Positions 41,162 through 63,110 of a stretch of DNA of 64,000 nucleotides are shown here, piece after piece (positions within the stretch are counted from its first letter, which is position 1; each line of letters begins with the position of its first letter). The position numbers and the translations under genes are program-made. Source of the stretch: Chrysomallon squamiferum (taxonomy: Eukaryota; Animalia; Mollusca); NCBI GenBank assembly GCA_012295275.1, contig CM022667.1:12462001-12526000 (forward strand), read 5' to 3'. Under the pieces are notes generated by a model that was given only the letters and a program-made list of their open reading frames with translations, was not told the origin of the DNA and did not search any database.

Positions 41162-42302
41162 CAACAGTAAAGCTTATTCTAATTCGATCAATAAATCTAC
41201 AGAGCGTGCGAATGGTAAACTGACAGTTTTCGTTTAATACTCAGTGGAAAGATTCAGTCATAAATAATAATTCTCATAAATGTAGGTAAGTCATGAAGAC
41301 CCGATAAGGCACGGAAGTAGGTGGGGGAAATACCCTTAAAACTCAGCGCTATAAATAACCCGGCACAGCTGATTATTAGTCGACTGATACGTCATACAGA
41401 ACTCCTTTGCATTGTAAAGTGACTAAATCCGTAAATTTAGCATCGGTTACTGTGCCGTTTCAGCCATTTCAATGAAATAAAGATAAATAGATGGTGCAAT
41501 GTTTCTGCTATTCATACCTATAAATTTCCTCCACTGCTAACTGTAATTTATAGCGATTAACATATTCGATCTGAAATACACATTAACGATGTATCATTAT
41601 AATAAGCCATAATAACTTTTTATGGTAGGTTAATGTGCACTCTTTTTCTGCACCTCGACTGAATTCTCCTGGCGCAAATGGTCATCTTAAAAACATTTAA
41701 TCGATGTATATTTATTATATATTTTAAAATTATTACTTCTTTGTTTGATTTTTTATTTTTTATTTATTTTTTATTTTTTTATTATTAATATGATGCAACG
41801 TTCATGATTGTACGCGTGCATGTAAGATATTGTTTCTGTTCTACCACTTTCAGCACGATTAGTTAAATCGCTTAAACAGACCTTGATCATGATCGATAGT
41901 TTTAGAATCACGTCTTGCACCAACAGTAGACAGTGTGGTCTGATTGATTCCTGACAATAATTTTCACACTTACTGAGACTAACAGAAGTCATAGATTAAT
42001 ATATTTCTCACACTGTGGAGATTTGAGGGTAAGCTGGGAAGGGGAACGAAACAAATGCAAATTTCCACCACAAAAACAAACATCAGAGAAAGGTGTAAAT
42101 ATTTTTTCATTACATTATTAACGTAAATACACTAAACTATTTCAGGAAATTGTGTACCAGTCTCTTGATCGTTGGACTGGGGCTGGGTGGGGGGGGTGTA
42201 GATACGTCATCAAAAAATATATATATTAATAAAAACAGTTTCACATCTTAAAACGTTAAATGGTCATTTAATATTTATTAGTATTAATTTAGTGTAAATC
42301 TT

Positions 42303-42333
<31 letters not shown>

Positions 42334-43529
42334 GGTTTCCACTTTTCTTATATACAGCAAATTAGTTAAAACTGAAGGCACCTTCTAACGGGATAGTGCA
42401 AAAGTCTTTAGATTGGCACGAACCAGATAATGCATATAAATGCGCTTGAATTAAACAAAGCCTTTGTTAGAAATAATATGGTGGAGGGGGGTGTTGTTTT
42501 TTTCGTGTGAAAAATTGAAAAGGTTTTGTGTAGGCATTTTTTCTCTCGATAAAACATGAATATAAAACATGTAAATAAAATGAATTACCATTCCTAAACG
42601 ATAAACATTTTTCAGAAATCCAGTATATGTTTGTAAAAGAAAATCGATAATAACGTACTGCGTTACAGTGTAAATCTGCTATGTAATTATTTATTACTTG
42701 AAACTAATACAAAAATATTGTTTTTAAAAATATTAAAAACGATAATAAAAAAATAAACGAACTGTTTTTAAATAAGACTAAATACAATTTCACAATCTCT
42801 TGAAATGTCTCTGGTTTTGGCCAGTTGGATCCAGAATCAGCTGATCTCAAATAGCCTTGCCTTTTGTGTCGTCTGCTAAAATAATCTTTTAAAAAAAATA
42901 TTCTGCACTCGCTTTGCATCAAACGTACAAAACTTATAATATAAACACTACAAAGTAAATAGGCTATCAAAAAATTATTATTTGTAAAATCACCAAAAAT
43001 TAATACACGTACCTTTCGAAACACTGGAAAATTCTCTTCGACTAAAATTTCTAAGCTGACATGTTCGTCTGCTTCTGTCGGAATACCCAGAATCAATATT
43101 TCGCTCGAATGATGTGCTTTGTTGAACTCCGCCGCGGAGCAAGGCGGATCAGCTGTTTTCTGTCTATTTATACCACAGCCTTTGTTGCGGTGTACGGATT
43201 TTGTTCCTGTTTTCGCAAAGGAAAAGCAGCAGTATGTTTGATTTCGAGATTTTAATAGGGCATTTTTATATTCGACTGCCAATGTCTTCGAAACAATGCT
43301 GCCACCCCTTCAAGTGGTTGCTTCCTCTAATGTAGCTTCAACAGTCGCTCAAACCAGCTACAACCGCCTAGGAAGTACAGTATTAACATAAAAGTTGACT
43401 GAAATATCTGCTTGCGTGGTTTGTGTATTAATTTTATCCACAGATGTAAAATTAAGAAACATCCGTTTAGCAGTTTAGTATACTGATAAAAAATATTATT
43501 TAAAAAATTACAAATGAAAAGTTTAAAAT

Positions 43530-43601
<72 letters not shown>

Positions 43602-44926
43602 AAATGGGTTGGCTGTAAATTAATATTTACACCAATCGCTTCCAACATCGTTAAGTTTCAGGATCTCTCAACGGTTACTTTTCAGTTACACCAGTCAAAG
43701 CCCTGAATAGGCAGATGTAAACGATTGCATTTAATTAGATTAGCAAGAAGATAGACAGATATATAGATATATAATTAATCCAAATTTAAATTAGTAACTA
43801 CAAAGCAAACAAAGATTTAGAATTAAGCTGATATTGTTATCACAGTCGTGATAAAACTTCTTTGATTCATCATTTTTATTTGATTTTTAAACTTGATATT
43901 TACTGTTATTTGTTTCATTTTAATGTTTAGTTTTTGTTGTTGTTGTTTTTTGTTTTTGTTTGGTTGGTTTTTTTTTGTGTGTTTTTTTTCTTACCGAAGA
44001 AGATGAGTTTTATTTTAACTTAAATACTGAATCATATATTTAAGGAATAGGTTAGATAATTTCCAAAATGGAATATCTAAATTACATTTCGAAATATACA
44101 CAAATAAAACAAAATAAATAATAAACTGGACCAACCCAGTAAACAAAATTAATAGATACATTACTATAATGCACTGAAACAATACTTCTTTCTAACTAAT
44201 CATAATTATCAAACACAGAGACACACAATAAATAACAAATAAAACACAAATTAATTTCCGTCATACTGTCTTGTGTGAGATATAATGCATTAAAATAACA
44301 TTGCGTAAATTATATTTTAAATACATTTTAGTTTGCACTTTTCACTGCGATTAATTCTACGCCCTGTGTATGGCACATGAGTGCCGGAAATGCATTTCTT
44401 TAATAAAATCGTTTTTGTTGATTTCTTCAAAGGAACAGCCATGTTTAAGAATTAAGGCGCCAGTTTTATTGCAAACGAAGTCAGCTAAATTATTTTTTTT
44501 TTTCTCCTTCTTTTTCAGACTAAGGAAATTAACATAAAAATATCGTCAGCGAGTTATATTTGTGAAAAAAAAATATATTAATGTCGATTTTTATCTGAAA
44601 GGGTAAAAAAAAAAAAAATAATTCGCAACATCCTGTTTACGTTTTAATCTGCAAGATGTCGCTAGGCAACAAGTATAGTGTCTTTGTTGGAAGATGTTTT
44701 ATATTTATACTCGGCAAATATGTTTATTCTACTTTGCCTTTTTCTTGAGAATATAATTTTTTTAAAAAAAGAAGATTTCTTCTAATCAGCAGTTTCTGTT
44801 TGTTATAGAATGGTAGCAGGGGTGTTTTCTCATTTCTATATTTACTAGATAGAGAGATAAATAGACATAGAGATAGACAGATCGGCAGATACAGAGATAG
44901 ATAGATAGCTAGATAGAGATAGATAG

Positions 44927-44959
<33 letters not shown>

Positions 44960-45350
44960 CATACATACACATACATAGATACATAGAAAAAAAGTATTTA
45001 TTCATTTATTTATTTATTAGATTATTTAACCTTTAATGTAAAAAATTTGGAATATTTAATGTAGACTCAGTCTTATGAGACCAGACTTTCATACTGCTAT
45101 AAATAGCAGCATATCACTTACTGATCAAAACTGATATGAGGCATGCTGCTCTGACATCAGACTTCTGTGGTGTCGCTTACTTGTAATATTTCCCGTTCCA
45201 AGTATGGATAAAAGAGGATATGTTGCTTCGCACAAGATGATTCATCTAAAATATCCTTGTTGCTAATCAGTAAATCTGGCACATAGATTTCTTATAGCAG
45301 ATATTTCTTTATATAATATACTACGTACATTCATACATACATATATATAT

Positions 45351-45407
<57 letters not shown>

Positions 45408-45410
<3 letters not shown>

Positions 45411-45510
45411 GAGGGCGTATCTACGGAAAATAGCGCTTTTGTCAAGCACTGAAATAGCGGTTTTTTTTCCCAAACACCTTACATCCATGTTTCAGATAAC
45501 ATTAAAATAA
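45408..45510 (+). mobile_element. Possible truncated Tc1/mariner terminus inserted in a (TA)n run
   Basis: TA-CGAGGG... directly follows the TA microsatellite, resembling mariner TIR starts. No matching second TIR found. Confidence 0.3.
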
Positions 45511-46286
45511 AAATCAGTTTATAGAAAAATAAAATAAAATAAAATAAAAGTAAAAAAAAAGAGGTAATTTTAATAGAAAGTATTTATACATACATATATA
45601 AATATTAATACATTTATACACACATGCATACAACTATACATATATGCAAATATACATATATAAATATTAATACATACGTACACACACACACACACACACA
45701 CATACACACACATATATGCATCTACAAACATAAATATATTACACACACACACACACACATACATACACACGCACATATACATCTACAAACACAAATATAT
45801 TACACACACCCACACATAAAATATTCAGTCATAATAATAATATTTTTTTTTTTTTTTTACTAACACAACGAAACTAAATCGTAACAAATTTCCGGTCGTT
45901 ATTTTTAACGATTTGTTAACATTGACACAAAGAATGCGGAGTTACTCTGTGGGGATTGCCGAAAACCCATTGAAATCCACCGGCACAAACTGCTTTAAAC
46001 CGCACAGGTAATCTTACTGCTCAAATTAAGTTTGCTAGAGGAGTTTCCCAGGCCATCGAGTGCGATGGAAAGGCAAATAAGTCAATTTCTTTTTTTACCG
46101 CTGACCCCTTAGCACGTGTTCCGGTATATGTCAAATATGACGTCAGCGGATGGAACAATAAGTGTGAATAGTACACATATGGTGGAGGGTTTAGGGGGTT
46201 TTTTTGGGGGAAGGGGTTTTTGTCGAAAATGTTCGCAGATGTAGTAATAATAGTTTTAATCTTTTTCATTGTTTATTATTATTATG

Positions 46287-46331
<45 letters not shown>

Positions 46332-46482
46332 TTTTTTTTTTTTTTTTTTGTTAATTATTATTATTATTTTTTTTAATTTTATATAGTTTGTTCTTTAACC
46401 GTCTTTACAGCTATTTGTCTGTCTATCTCTGTCTCTATATCTATTTATTTATCTATATATCACCAAAATGTTTATAATTTAA

Positions 46483-46527
<45 letters not shown>

Positions 46528-46782
46528 GTTATATTTAAAATGAAATGAAGTAAATGGTTAGAGAGTTTGTCCTAAGATTCGCTGAAAGCAAAACAAATGT
46601 TATTTACTGGCTCATTTGTGATATTCCCAGTTCTAACCTGAGCTCCACCACTGAATATAAATAATAAACATAGAGACATGTATACATATACATATATATA
46701 TATATATGCACTCATACAAACTCAGGCATATGCATTCATATATAAACACAGTTAACATACAAACATAAATACACACACAGAC

Positions 46783-46821
<39 letters not shown>

Positions 46822-47417
46822 ATCACAAACATACAAACATGCAGATATATATACAGGTTATATATATATATATATCTAAATATTTATTAAATTTCATGTT
46901 CTGTACCTAAGGTGAACAGTCCCCCAGTAACTCACTTTCAAGTGTGAGTTCCTGTATTAGACACACTGAGGTGGGGGTGTCATCACTCACCAGGTGACTC
47001 ACTGTCGCTGCATTTTAGGTACAAAAAAAAAATAAAAAAATTTATTTAAATTAATTATGAAATATTTCTCAAAACTTTCCTTGGTGAGGAATGATGCCTA
47101 CAAAACTTTTGTTCAAAGTAAACGACACAATGAAATGATTTAAGAATATTTTATTTTATTTATTGATTTATTTATTCATTTATTACATTTTTTATATATA
47201 TATATATATTAATCATGGATATTAAGTCCTTAATACAATTAATTTTCTAGCTCATTAACATGTAAGTTTAATTATTTTCATAAAGAAATAATATTTATAT
47301 AAAGTCAGTTAAAGAATTATTTACTTAGTTTTTATATAATTATGCACTTCTTATTTCAGTGTAGATCACATAATTAAAAGAAAATTATATATTTCTTTCT
47401 TTCTTTATTTATTTATT

Positions 47418-47477
<60 letters not shown>

Positions 47478-48043
47478 TTTATTTTTATTTTTATTTTTTT
47501 TTTTATTTATTTTATTTATTTATTTACTTATTTATTTTTTGTTTGATATTTGCATTTTACATAATAAGCTAAAACTTATATTTTACATACTACGTATTGA
47601 TTCAATAACTACCAAAAATATATCTATAATGTAAGTACACTTTTTGTGTCGTATAAACTATGGATTAATTTAGAAGCGTCGGCCTAAATGTAAAAATTTT
47701 AAAATAATTTCGACGCAGATTTAGACAGTTCGCCAAAATAAAAATAAAAAGATCGGAATATAAACAGATGACGTAATATGTACGTCAGATTCTAGATGCC
47801 GATTTTGAAAAAAAACTAAATTCCGATCTTGAAGTTTATAACACACAGTTGTGGTTAAAACAGAGTCAGAGGAGGTCAAAGGTCAAATTATTCTTCAACA
47901 CTGATACTTCACGAAACACTGACTGTTTGTAACTAAACTAAAACTGAAATAATCAACACGTTAAAATAAAAATTATATTCTAAACTAAATAAATGTTATG
48001 TTTACCTTCTGTATCCTTCTCACACACACACACACACATATAC

Positions 48044-48342
48044 CTGGGGTGGATCCAGCTTTTCTGACGAGAGAGGGAGGGGGTGAGGTCCATGGCAAAA
48101 AGGGAATCATAACATTATAAAAAAGCACTATTGAAAAATTACACACCGATTCACGAGAACCATATTATAATAAAGCTAAAACAAGAACGCTGGCAGATGT
48201 TTTCTACAGTGTTCTATACATTAACAGACATTTTAAAAGTAAATAAATTTGTGAAAAACCTAAATATTCTAAATAAAAGGGGCAGTTCTCAAATTTGAGG
48301 GGTGGTCCAGACGACTTGGACCCCCTTCTAGATCCGCCCCAG
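48044..48342. mobile_element. MITE (~300 bp) with GGGGCGGATC-type TIRs
   Basis: CTGGGGTGGATCCAG at 48044 and CTAGATCCGCCCCAG ending at 48342 (13/15 inverted match). No clean 8-bp TSD; TAC flanks both ends. Confidence 0.65.
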
Positions 48343-50489
48343 TACACACCCCTCTTTATTTCGTACATAACATCCCTCTCTGTTTTAATAAAACTATAAC
48401 AATCATTAGATTAACAAAACTATTGCTAAAATAATAATAATAATAAAAAGTAATTAAGTAAACAAATATAAATATTTAAGATATAAGTAAGTGAATAAGT
48501 AAACAAGTAAATAAGAAAATAAAACATATACACCCGCATACCATAATCTACCCACATACACCAACATACACCCCTATATATAAAAATATACCCATATATA
48601 CATAATTAACAACCAACAAACACATATACTCGCATACATACATATACCCACATAAAAATAATAGCCAGACATAAAAATATAAACATATATAAAATATACC
48701 ACATAAAAAATATACCCACATACATAAATATACACTCATATAAAAATATACCACACAAAACATATACTCAGTTTTTCTTTCTTTTATGAACCAATATACC
48801 TTCTTTCTTTCCCCCCCCCCACACACCCTCTTTCTTTAATAAAACTGTAACAATAAACACATTAAGAAAACTATTGCTGAAAAGTATACCAAAAAATTAA
48901 GTAAACAAACATACAGATGTTGAGTAAATAAATAAATGAATAACGGAATAAAAGAACGAGTAAATAAATAAACAAACAAAACAACTTTATAAATAAAATA
49001 ACAAACAAACAAACAAACAAACAAATAGGAAACAAACAAGTACATAAATAAAATAGTAAAGAAATAAAATAAATAAATAAATAAATAAATAAGAAACAAA
49101 TTAATAATAACTTTTTTTCTCGCACTCATATACTCACATCCTCTGTTACTTTATTAGAAGCGTTTCGTGAAATATGCTTGTCGAAGAATATTAGTTTATT
49201 TTTATAAGTTATTTATACAGTAAACGTTCTGATAAAACTACTTTTAAACTTTTCAGTTTATAAATTTGTTATAATTGCAAATTATAATAAAGATAGTTTT
49301 AACTTACTGAGATTATTTCTCATTTCAAAGATTAAATTTCAAGGTAGAAGACTCTGCCCTGCCCAAACCGCAACTGCGTGTTTGTTGTCTATGACGTCAA
49401 TGCATTGTCGACGTCATTAGTAACAGGCACCCTAAAGCGACATGCTGTTTTGACCTAATTTTAATAAATTTTTGAACTGTTGGTTTATTCTGTGTTTGAG
49501 GCCCTATCTGAATAATATCTGCATAAATGGAATATTTAACGTCTTGTCTTTATGTTTATTGCTCGAATGTTATGTGGTATTGTGTAAAAATAGGTTCTTT
49601 TCAGTCAAAATTTGCCTTGGGCTAGCCGCCATCTTGTTATGATTCTTACGATGGGGTATAGCGAACATCGTCCATACACTACATTATAACTGTGTCAGCG
49701 TTCTTTATACTACCAACCTCGATAAGTCAAATGATGGGTATCTTTTTTCTTCATTTGTCTGTCTAACTTGAAAGTTTTCGCTAGTGGTAGAAAACGTTGA
49801 TGAAAACAAATAATATAAAATCTCTTGACTATTTTCGAGCAACAGACCTCTTTCAGAGAGATATCATCGGAAATAGAAATATTTGACTTCTTTAAGAGAT
49901 GTAGAACTGAAGCTTAAGCACCTTCATGACTACCCGAGAACGATGTCATCAGAGGTTGATTTTTGCAGAGTCACGAGTTCGTTCCTGGCCAGTGAAGCAG
50001 TTTCTGTTCCGAGCCACTATGCAAGCTGATTGTCCCCCCCCCCACCCAGAACCGCCTGAATTCTGTTTGAAGGGTTTTGTTTGTGAGAAAAAATTTCATT
50101 CTTTTCATAAGATTTCGGTTTAACAGCATAAAACTGAGAATTAAGTTTTTAAATCCGAGCAGAAAACAGTGTCTAGTACCAAGAAAAAAGGCGCTTTGGA
50201 ATACTTACATATATCCAAATATTGTTATTAACAACAGCTTGTGAACAAAATTCCAGAAACGAAATTCCCAATACTTGTTGCAGATGTGAACAAAACTCAC
50301 CCGATTTTGAGTAAGATTTAGACGAGAACTGTAACATATAGAATTGATTAGTCTTTTTCTGTGTTCTGGTAATTCCATAGTTTGTTGTGTCTATTAAAAA
50401 GTCTTGCGTATCAAAAACTTCAACGTATACAGTTCGGATATACAGATAGTCAAAACAATGTTATGTGTTGTTGTTGGATTTGTTGTGTG

Positions 50490-50552
<63 letters not shown>

Positions 50553-51129
50553 AAAGACGTAACCGATCTTTCGCTACTGCAAAACTAAATATCTAACAGG
50601 TTCTAATGGCGTTGATACAGAAAACAAACTTAAAAAGATCTAAATTTTATTTCTTCCTATGTAATACACATAACTCAAAATAAAAGAAAATGAAATGAAA
50701 TATAAACTTCCGTCATAGAAATAATCGTTTGTCAGCTGACTTCTTTCATCATCATCATCATAGTCATCGTCATCGTCATCAGTATCATCATTTTCGTTCA
50801 GTTATTTGTATAATTAATTTTATTTTAAATATCATTTTATAATTTATTCACATTTTTGTATACAGTGACGTCAGAAAAATGACAAAACACCGGCACTTTT
50901 TTTTTTTATTATTATTATTATCAAAGGTTGGCTTCTAGCAACTCCAGTTTCGATGGAAAGAACCACTAACATGTGGATATATATATATATATATGTTTCA
51001 CTTTTGTATCGAAATGGATATATCAATGAACTCATTTGGAATTTTAACTTCTGTTTTAATTAATCCTGGTTGAAATGAACTCATGTATCAGGTCAATGCA
51101 TTATAATGATTTGTTATTGTTGTTATTAC

Positions 51130-58022
<6,893 letters not shown>

Positions 58023-58108
58023 TTCACCTGAAATAATATCAGTAATAATAATAATAATAGTAATAGTAATAATATATATTAATAATAATAATAATAATAA
58101 TAATGATG

Positions 58109-58142
<34 letters not shown>

Positions 58143-58168
58143 TAATAATAATAATAATAATGATGATG

Positions 58169-58203
<35 letters not shown>

Positions 58204-59031
58204 CATAATAATAATAATAATAGTAATAATATATATTAATAATAATATAAAAAGAGAGACAGATACAGATAAACAGATGAACTGATATACAGACAGATAT
58301 GCATAAATATATAGACATGCAAACAAAACCGCACACATGTAATATACATACATACATACCTACAACATACATACATACATACATACATACATACATACAT
58401 ACATACGTACATACATACCTTCAGACAAACACATACACATATACTATTTTCTTTACATTTTAAAAAATATTTAGGTGAAAATTAAAATCAGTTTTACCAA
58501 TGCTGCAACAGCTGTTTAATTTTAATAACGTCATGCTTGAGAGATTTTATTGGTTCTTTTATTAAAGATACTGCGGTCAGTGATGTATGTCAAGGTTGCT
58601 GTATACATTCGTTACACTGTATTATGTTAATTATAAAAATATAATAATAATATTATTAAGAAATACATTGGAAGGGTGGGAGCGCATTGTCCGCAGGTAA
58701 AAATAATAAATAATAATAATTCTTTTATAAACGGATTGTTTGAATGGGGAGATTTGTCATAACGTAAAGATATTAATTAAAAGGTCGTATCTAATTTCAG
58801 TTTAAAAATATAACAAGAAGTTTTAAAAATAAGTTCACCAACAGACCGTAACAGTAATTAATTTTCGTATTAAGTAGTCCGAAATTCAATGTCATATGAG
58901 TTTCAGTATTTGCATTACTTGTGTCTCTTTGTAAGAGAGAGAGACAATGAAGCATAGATGTAAATATAGATTCTGCACCGAGTAAAAGACAGACTAGTGA
59001 GAATTGTGAGACTGAGATTACGGTGGAAAAG

Positions 59032-59182
<151 letters not shown>

Positions 59183-59490
59183 CAAATTAAGCAATTAAGA
59201 AGCAGGCGGTATAAATATACAAATGAAATTCATCACGAAAATACATGTTACTATTTTTATTCTGGCGCCAGATGTTCCGCAGTTTTAAATCAATGGTGTA
59301 TATATACATACATATATATACATACACTGCACATAGCATCCCACGCTATTGAGGAATAATTTGCATCATATAAACACATTTCTCTCTTTACCAGATAATC
59401 TAATTATGTAATAAAAAAAACTTGAACCAGCTGAAACCTTGAACATTAAACGAAACATACGTATTGACGAAAACATTTTTTTAAAATTAC

Positions 59491-59620
59491 CTGTTTAATT
59501 TGCTCGCACCTTCAGTTGTTCGCTAAGAATCGAAAACGCAGTAAGATGTGTGAATCAATAACAACCTTCAGCTGTCAGGAAAATATCATCTGCGTCATCC
59601 AATCAATAACAAAGAGCAGA
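59491..59620 (-). other. Probable non-coding 5' exon/promoter region of the SLC7 gene
   Basis: Donor AAACAG|GTAATT at 59490. Spliced to acceptor 58027 it places an in-frame TAA before ATG 58022. TGCGTCA and CCAAT lie near 59590..59605. Confidence 0.4.
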
Positions 59621-60599
59621 CCCATAATAGTATAGTCTTAACGACTGATTCCCAATTAACTGAGTTTTTTTTTAGTTTTTTTTTATCCCTCCTCGTGTAA
59701 TTTGCTGTTTGTAGTGACTTCACTACGACATCGGAGTGACAGGAGTTTTAAGCAAACTTGTACCGGGGGCAGTTAGTACGTGGACTACCTTTCAGAGAAA
59801 ACAGTCGAGTTTTTATTTACGTTATGTCTGAACATCGCAGCGTGAGTGAGGCAGGAACTTATGTAACATCGTCGACTAAAGGGAGAATGTTAAATACCTC
59901 GCATTCCCTGGTTATTTATACATCTACCTACGTCTGTTATTTTTTTTTATTTATTTTATTTTTTTTGGGTTTATCTGTTAGAGGAATATGTTCTTTTAGA
60001 ATTAACAAATTGCTTTGTTCTGTTGGCTGCCGTTAAAGCCACAGCTTTGTAAAAAGCGTAATAAAATATTCTGGTATTCGATATATATATATATATATAT
60101 ATTATATTATATACAAACTTAAATGCCAGATATCACAAGTCAATCAGATTTAATCATTATAAAATTAAACAATTTCACAGCATCAAACCTTTCAATGTGA
60201 AAAGTTATGACACAAGTCTAATGTCTTTTTCAGGATATTTTATCATCGCCGTTGTCGTCGTTGTTATCGTCGTCATAATCATCATTTTGATTTTTATTTG
60301 AATGTTATAAATATCATTATTATCATCATCATTATCATTATAATCATCACTATAAGTATTGTCATTTCCCCCATCATCATACACACTCGTAAGTTGTTTC
60401 ATCATCCTTTGGTTTATTCATATAAATAAAACATGAAATGATAAACCGGTACGACATAGAGATGTTCAACAGGTGCTATTTTGATTGTTATCTAAATGTT
60501 AGCTGAATTACATATACATATATCACACCAAATGTTACATGTATACTGGAAGTAAAAAGTTAAGGGTCAAGTTAAATTTGGTTTTTCTTTCTGGTTGTA

Positions 60600-60652
60600 G
60601 TAACAGCACTGGTAGTTGGAATAGGACTGCTAAAAGGAGAACTAGTAGTAAC

Positions 60653-60698
<46 letters not shown>

Positions 60699-61624
60699 AG
60701 TAGTAGTTCTTGTGGTTGTAGTAGTAGTAGTAATAGTAGTAGTGGTAGTAGTAGTAATAGTAAAAGTAAGTAATAGTTCTTGTGGTTGTAGTAGTAGTAA
60801 TTATAGTAGAAATAGTACTTCAAGAGTTGAGGTAATGGTAGTGGTATTTGTTGTAGTAGTAAAAGTATTAGTAGATGTAGTAGTTGTAGTTGTAGTAGTA
60901 GTAGTAGTAGTCGTAGTAGTAAAAAAAGAACAAATGGTGGTAGTAGTTATTGTTGTTGAAGTGGTTTTGGGATTTATGTCTAAAGAATATTAATTGGGAT
61001 GGTGATAATAATAGTAGTAGTTATAGTAGTAGTAGTAGTAGTAATAGTAGTGGTAGTAGCAGCAGCAGCAGCACCAGCAGTAGTAATTAGTAATAGTAGT
61101 ACAGGTTGTAGCAGTAGTAACAGAAGCAATTGTATTAACATCTATAGCAATTGTTGGTAGTAACAATTTTGTACAAGATGTAGTAGTGATAGTAAATGTA
61201 TTTCTCACTGTTTATGAATGTAATTTATTCCGGTGAATGTAATGTATTTAATGAATGTAATGCAATTTGATAAATATAATGTATTCTGGTGAATGTAATG
61301 TATTTTATGAACGCAGTGTGATTTGGTGAGTGTGTGCGTACCTAAATAAATGTTTACATAAGAAATACATTTACACTGAAATACACTGCGATGTAAAGAA
61401 AAATGTTACGTTCATGGACTGTACAGGAATTAAAAACAAACATGTCAGAAGTGAAACGACAGTCTCGATGTTTTTATATGCAGCAGATGGCTTCATACTT
61501 TATTTCTTGCAGTTAAAAATAATAGTAGCAGCTGTAGTAGTAGTAGCAGTAGTTGAAGCAATACTACTACTACTACTACTAGTAGTAGTATTAGTATGCT
61601 TGTTTGTATGTATGTATGTATGTA

Positions 61625-61686
<62 letters not shown>

Positions 61687-63055
61687 TGTATGCATGTATG
61701 TAATGGTAGAAATAGTTATACTAGAAGCAGTAATATTAGTAGTAGTTACAGTAGTAGTAGTAGTGGAAGTAGTAGTAGTAGTAGTAGTAGCAGCAGTAGT
61801 AGTAGCAGCCATATTATTATAGGTAGTATGTAGTAACAGTTATAATGGTATTTTTTGTTCCTTTTGTTATAGTAGTAGTAGTAGTTGAGTCACAGTAGTG
61901 GTGATAATAATAATAGTAGTAGTAGCAGCAGCAGCAGTAGTAGTAGTAGTAGTAGTAGTAGTAGCTCAGCAGTAAGTAAATCTAGTTGTACTAAAAATAG
62001 CGTGAGTCCCAAAAACCAGTTTTTTTAATCAGCTGATTTACTTTAACATCCCAGGTTGTCTTCACAGTAATTCACAGACGCATAAAAATAAATAATTTAT
62101 GAACACGCCTGTTTATTCCATGCCATACATCAACGATTCTCTTACACGTATGTAAATCAAACAATGAGAAATAATGTCATTTCAGCTTACATAATTTACA
62201 GGTAAGATCAGGTAGATAGATATAAAACGCGCGTTTCTATAAGGTAAATTACAGGTGCTTTGTTTGTTAGTTTCGTAACGTTGAGTTTAAGCTTTGTAAA
62301 TTTTTGTTTCGTATTATTGTAACTGATCGTATTAATGACGTAATTTGTTTTGTTTTTGGAATGGACGGTGTTTCGTTTCGTAATATCTTTTTCAAAATTT
62401 ACATAGTCAAATTTGGTATTATTACGTTAATCGTTTCTTCGTCTTTGTTTTCTTAATGTCCTGTTATTATTTTGTGTTATTACGTAAACAGTTCTGGTCA
62501 GGGGTTTTCCCGACCCAGCCAATGCGCCAAGTATTATGTATCAAAATACTTATAAATGATTCTTTGCTGCTAATCTGCTAGAAAAGCTTACAGATGGTTC
62601 AAACAAGTTTGTCAGAAACAAGGAATCATTATAGCAGCACTGGTGGTGGGGGTAACAGTAGTAATAATAATAATGACAGTAGTAATAGTAGTGGTAATAG
62701 TGGTAGTTATAGTAGCAGCAATAGTAGTAGTGTTTCTGATAGCAGTAGTAGCAGCAGTAGTAGTAGTAGCAGTAAAGATGTAGTAGTTGAAATAGTAGTA
62801 GTTCCAGCAAAGGTGATAGTATTTCTAACTGTACTGAATGGAGAAGTAGTAGCAGCAGTAGTAGAAGTAAAAGTAGTGGTAGTAGTATTATCAGTGGAAT
62901 TGTATTAATAGTAGTAGAAGATGTGGAAGGAATAGTAATAAAGTAGCAGTAGTAATAATAGTAATAGTTGCAGTAGTAATGAGAGTAATGATAGTAATAG
63001 TAGTAACGGTAATGACAGCAGTAGTAATAACAATAGTAGTAATTATTGTTGAAGC

Positions 63056-63088
<33 letters not shown>

Positions 63089-63110
63089 TGTTGTTGTTGT
63101 TGTTGTTGCA
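60600..63110. repeat. Clusters of degenerate (TAG)n/(AGT)n/(AGC)n trinucleotide repeats
   Basis: Directly visible; similar tracts at 11710-11900, 53290-53500, 53890-54050 and 55585-55820. Confidence 0.85.

Noticed and set aside
42704-43282. 192-aa minus-strand ORF
   Set aside because: Starts at TTG, has no recognisable domain, runs through a splice donor into AT-rich sequence, and is not in frame with the UNC-93 CDS.
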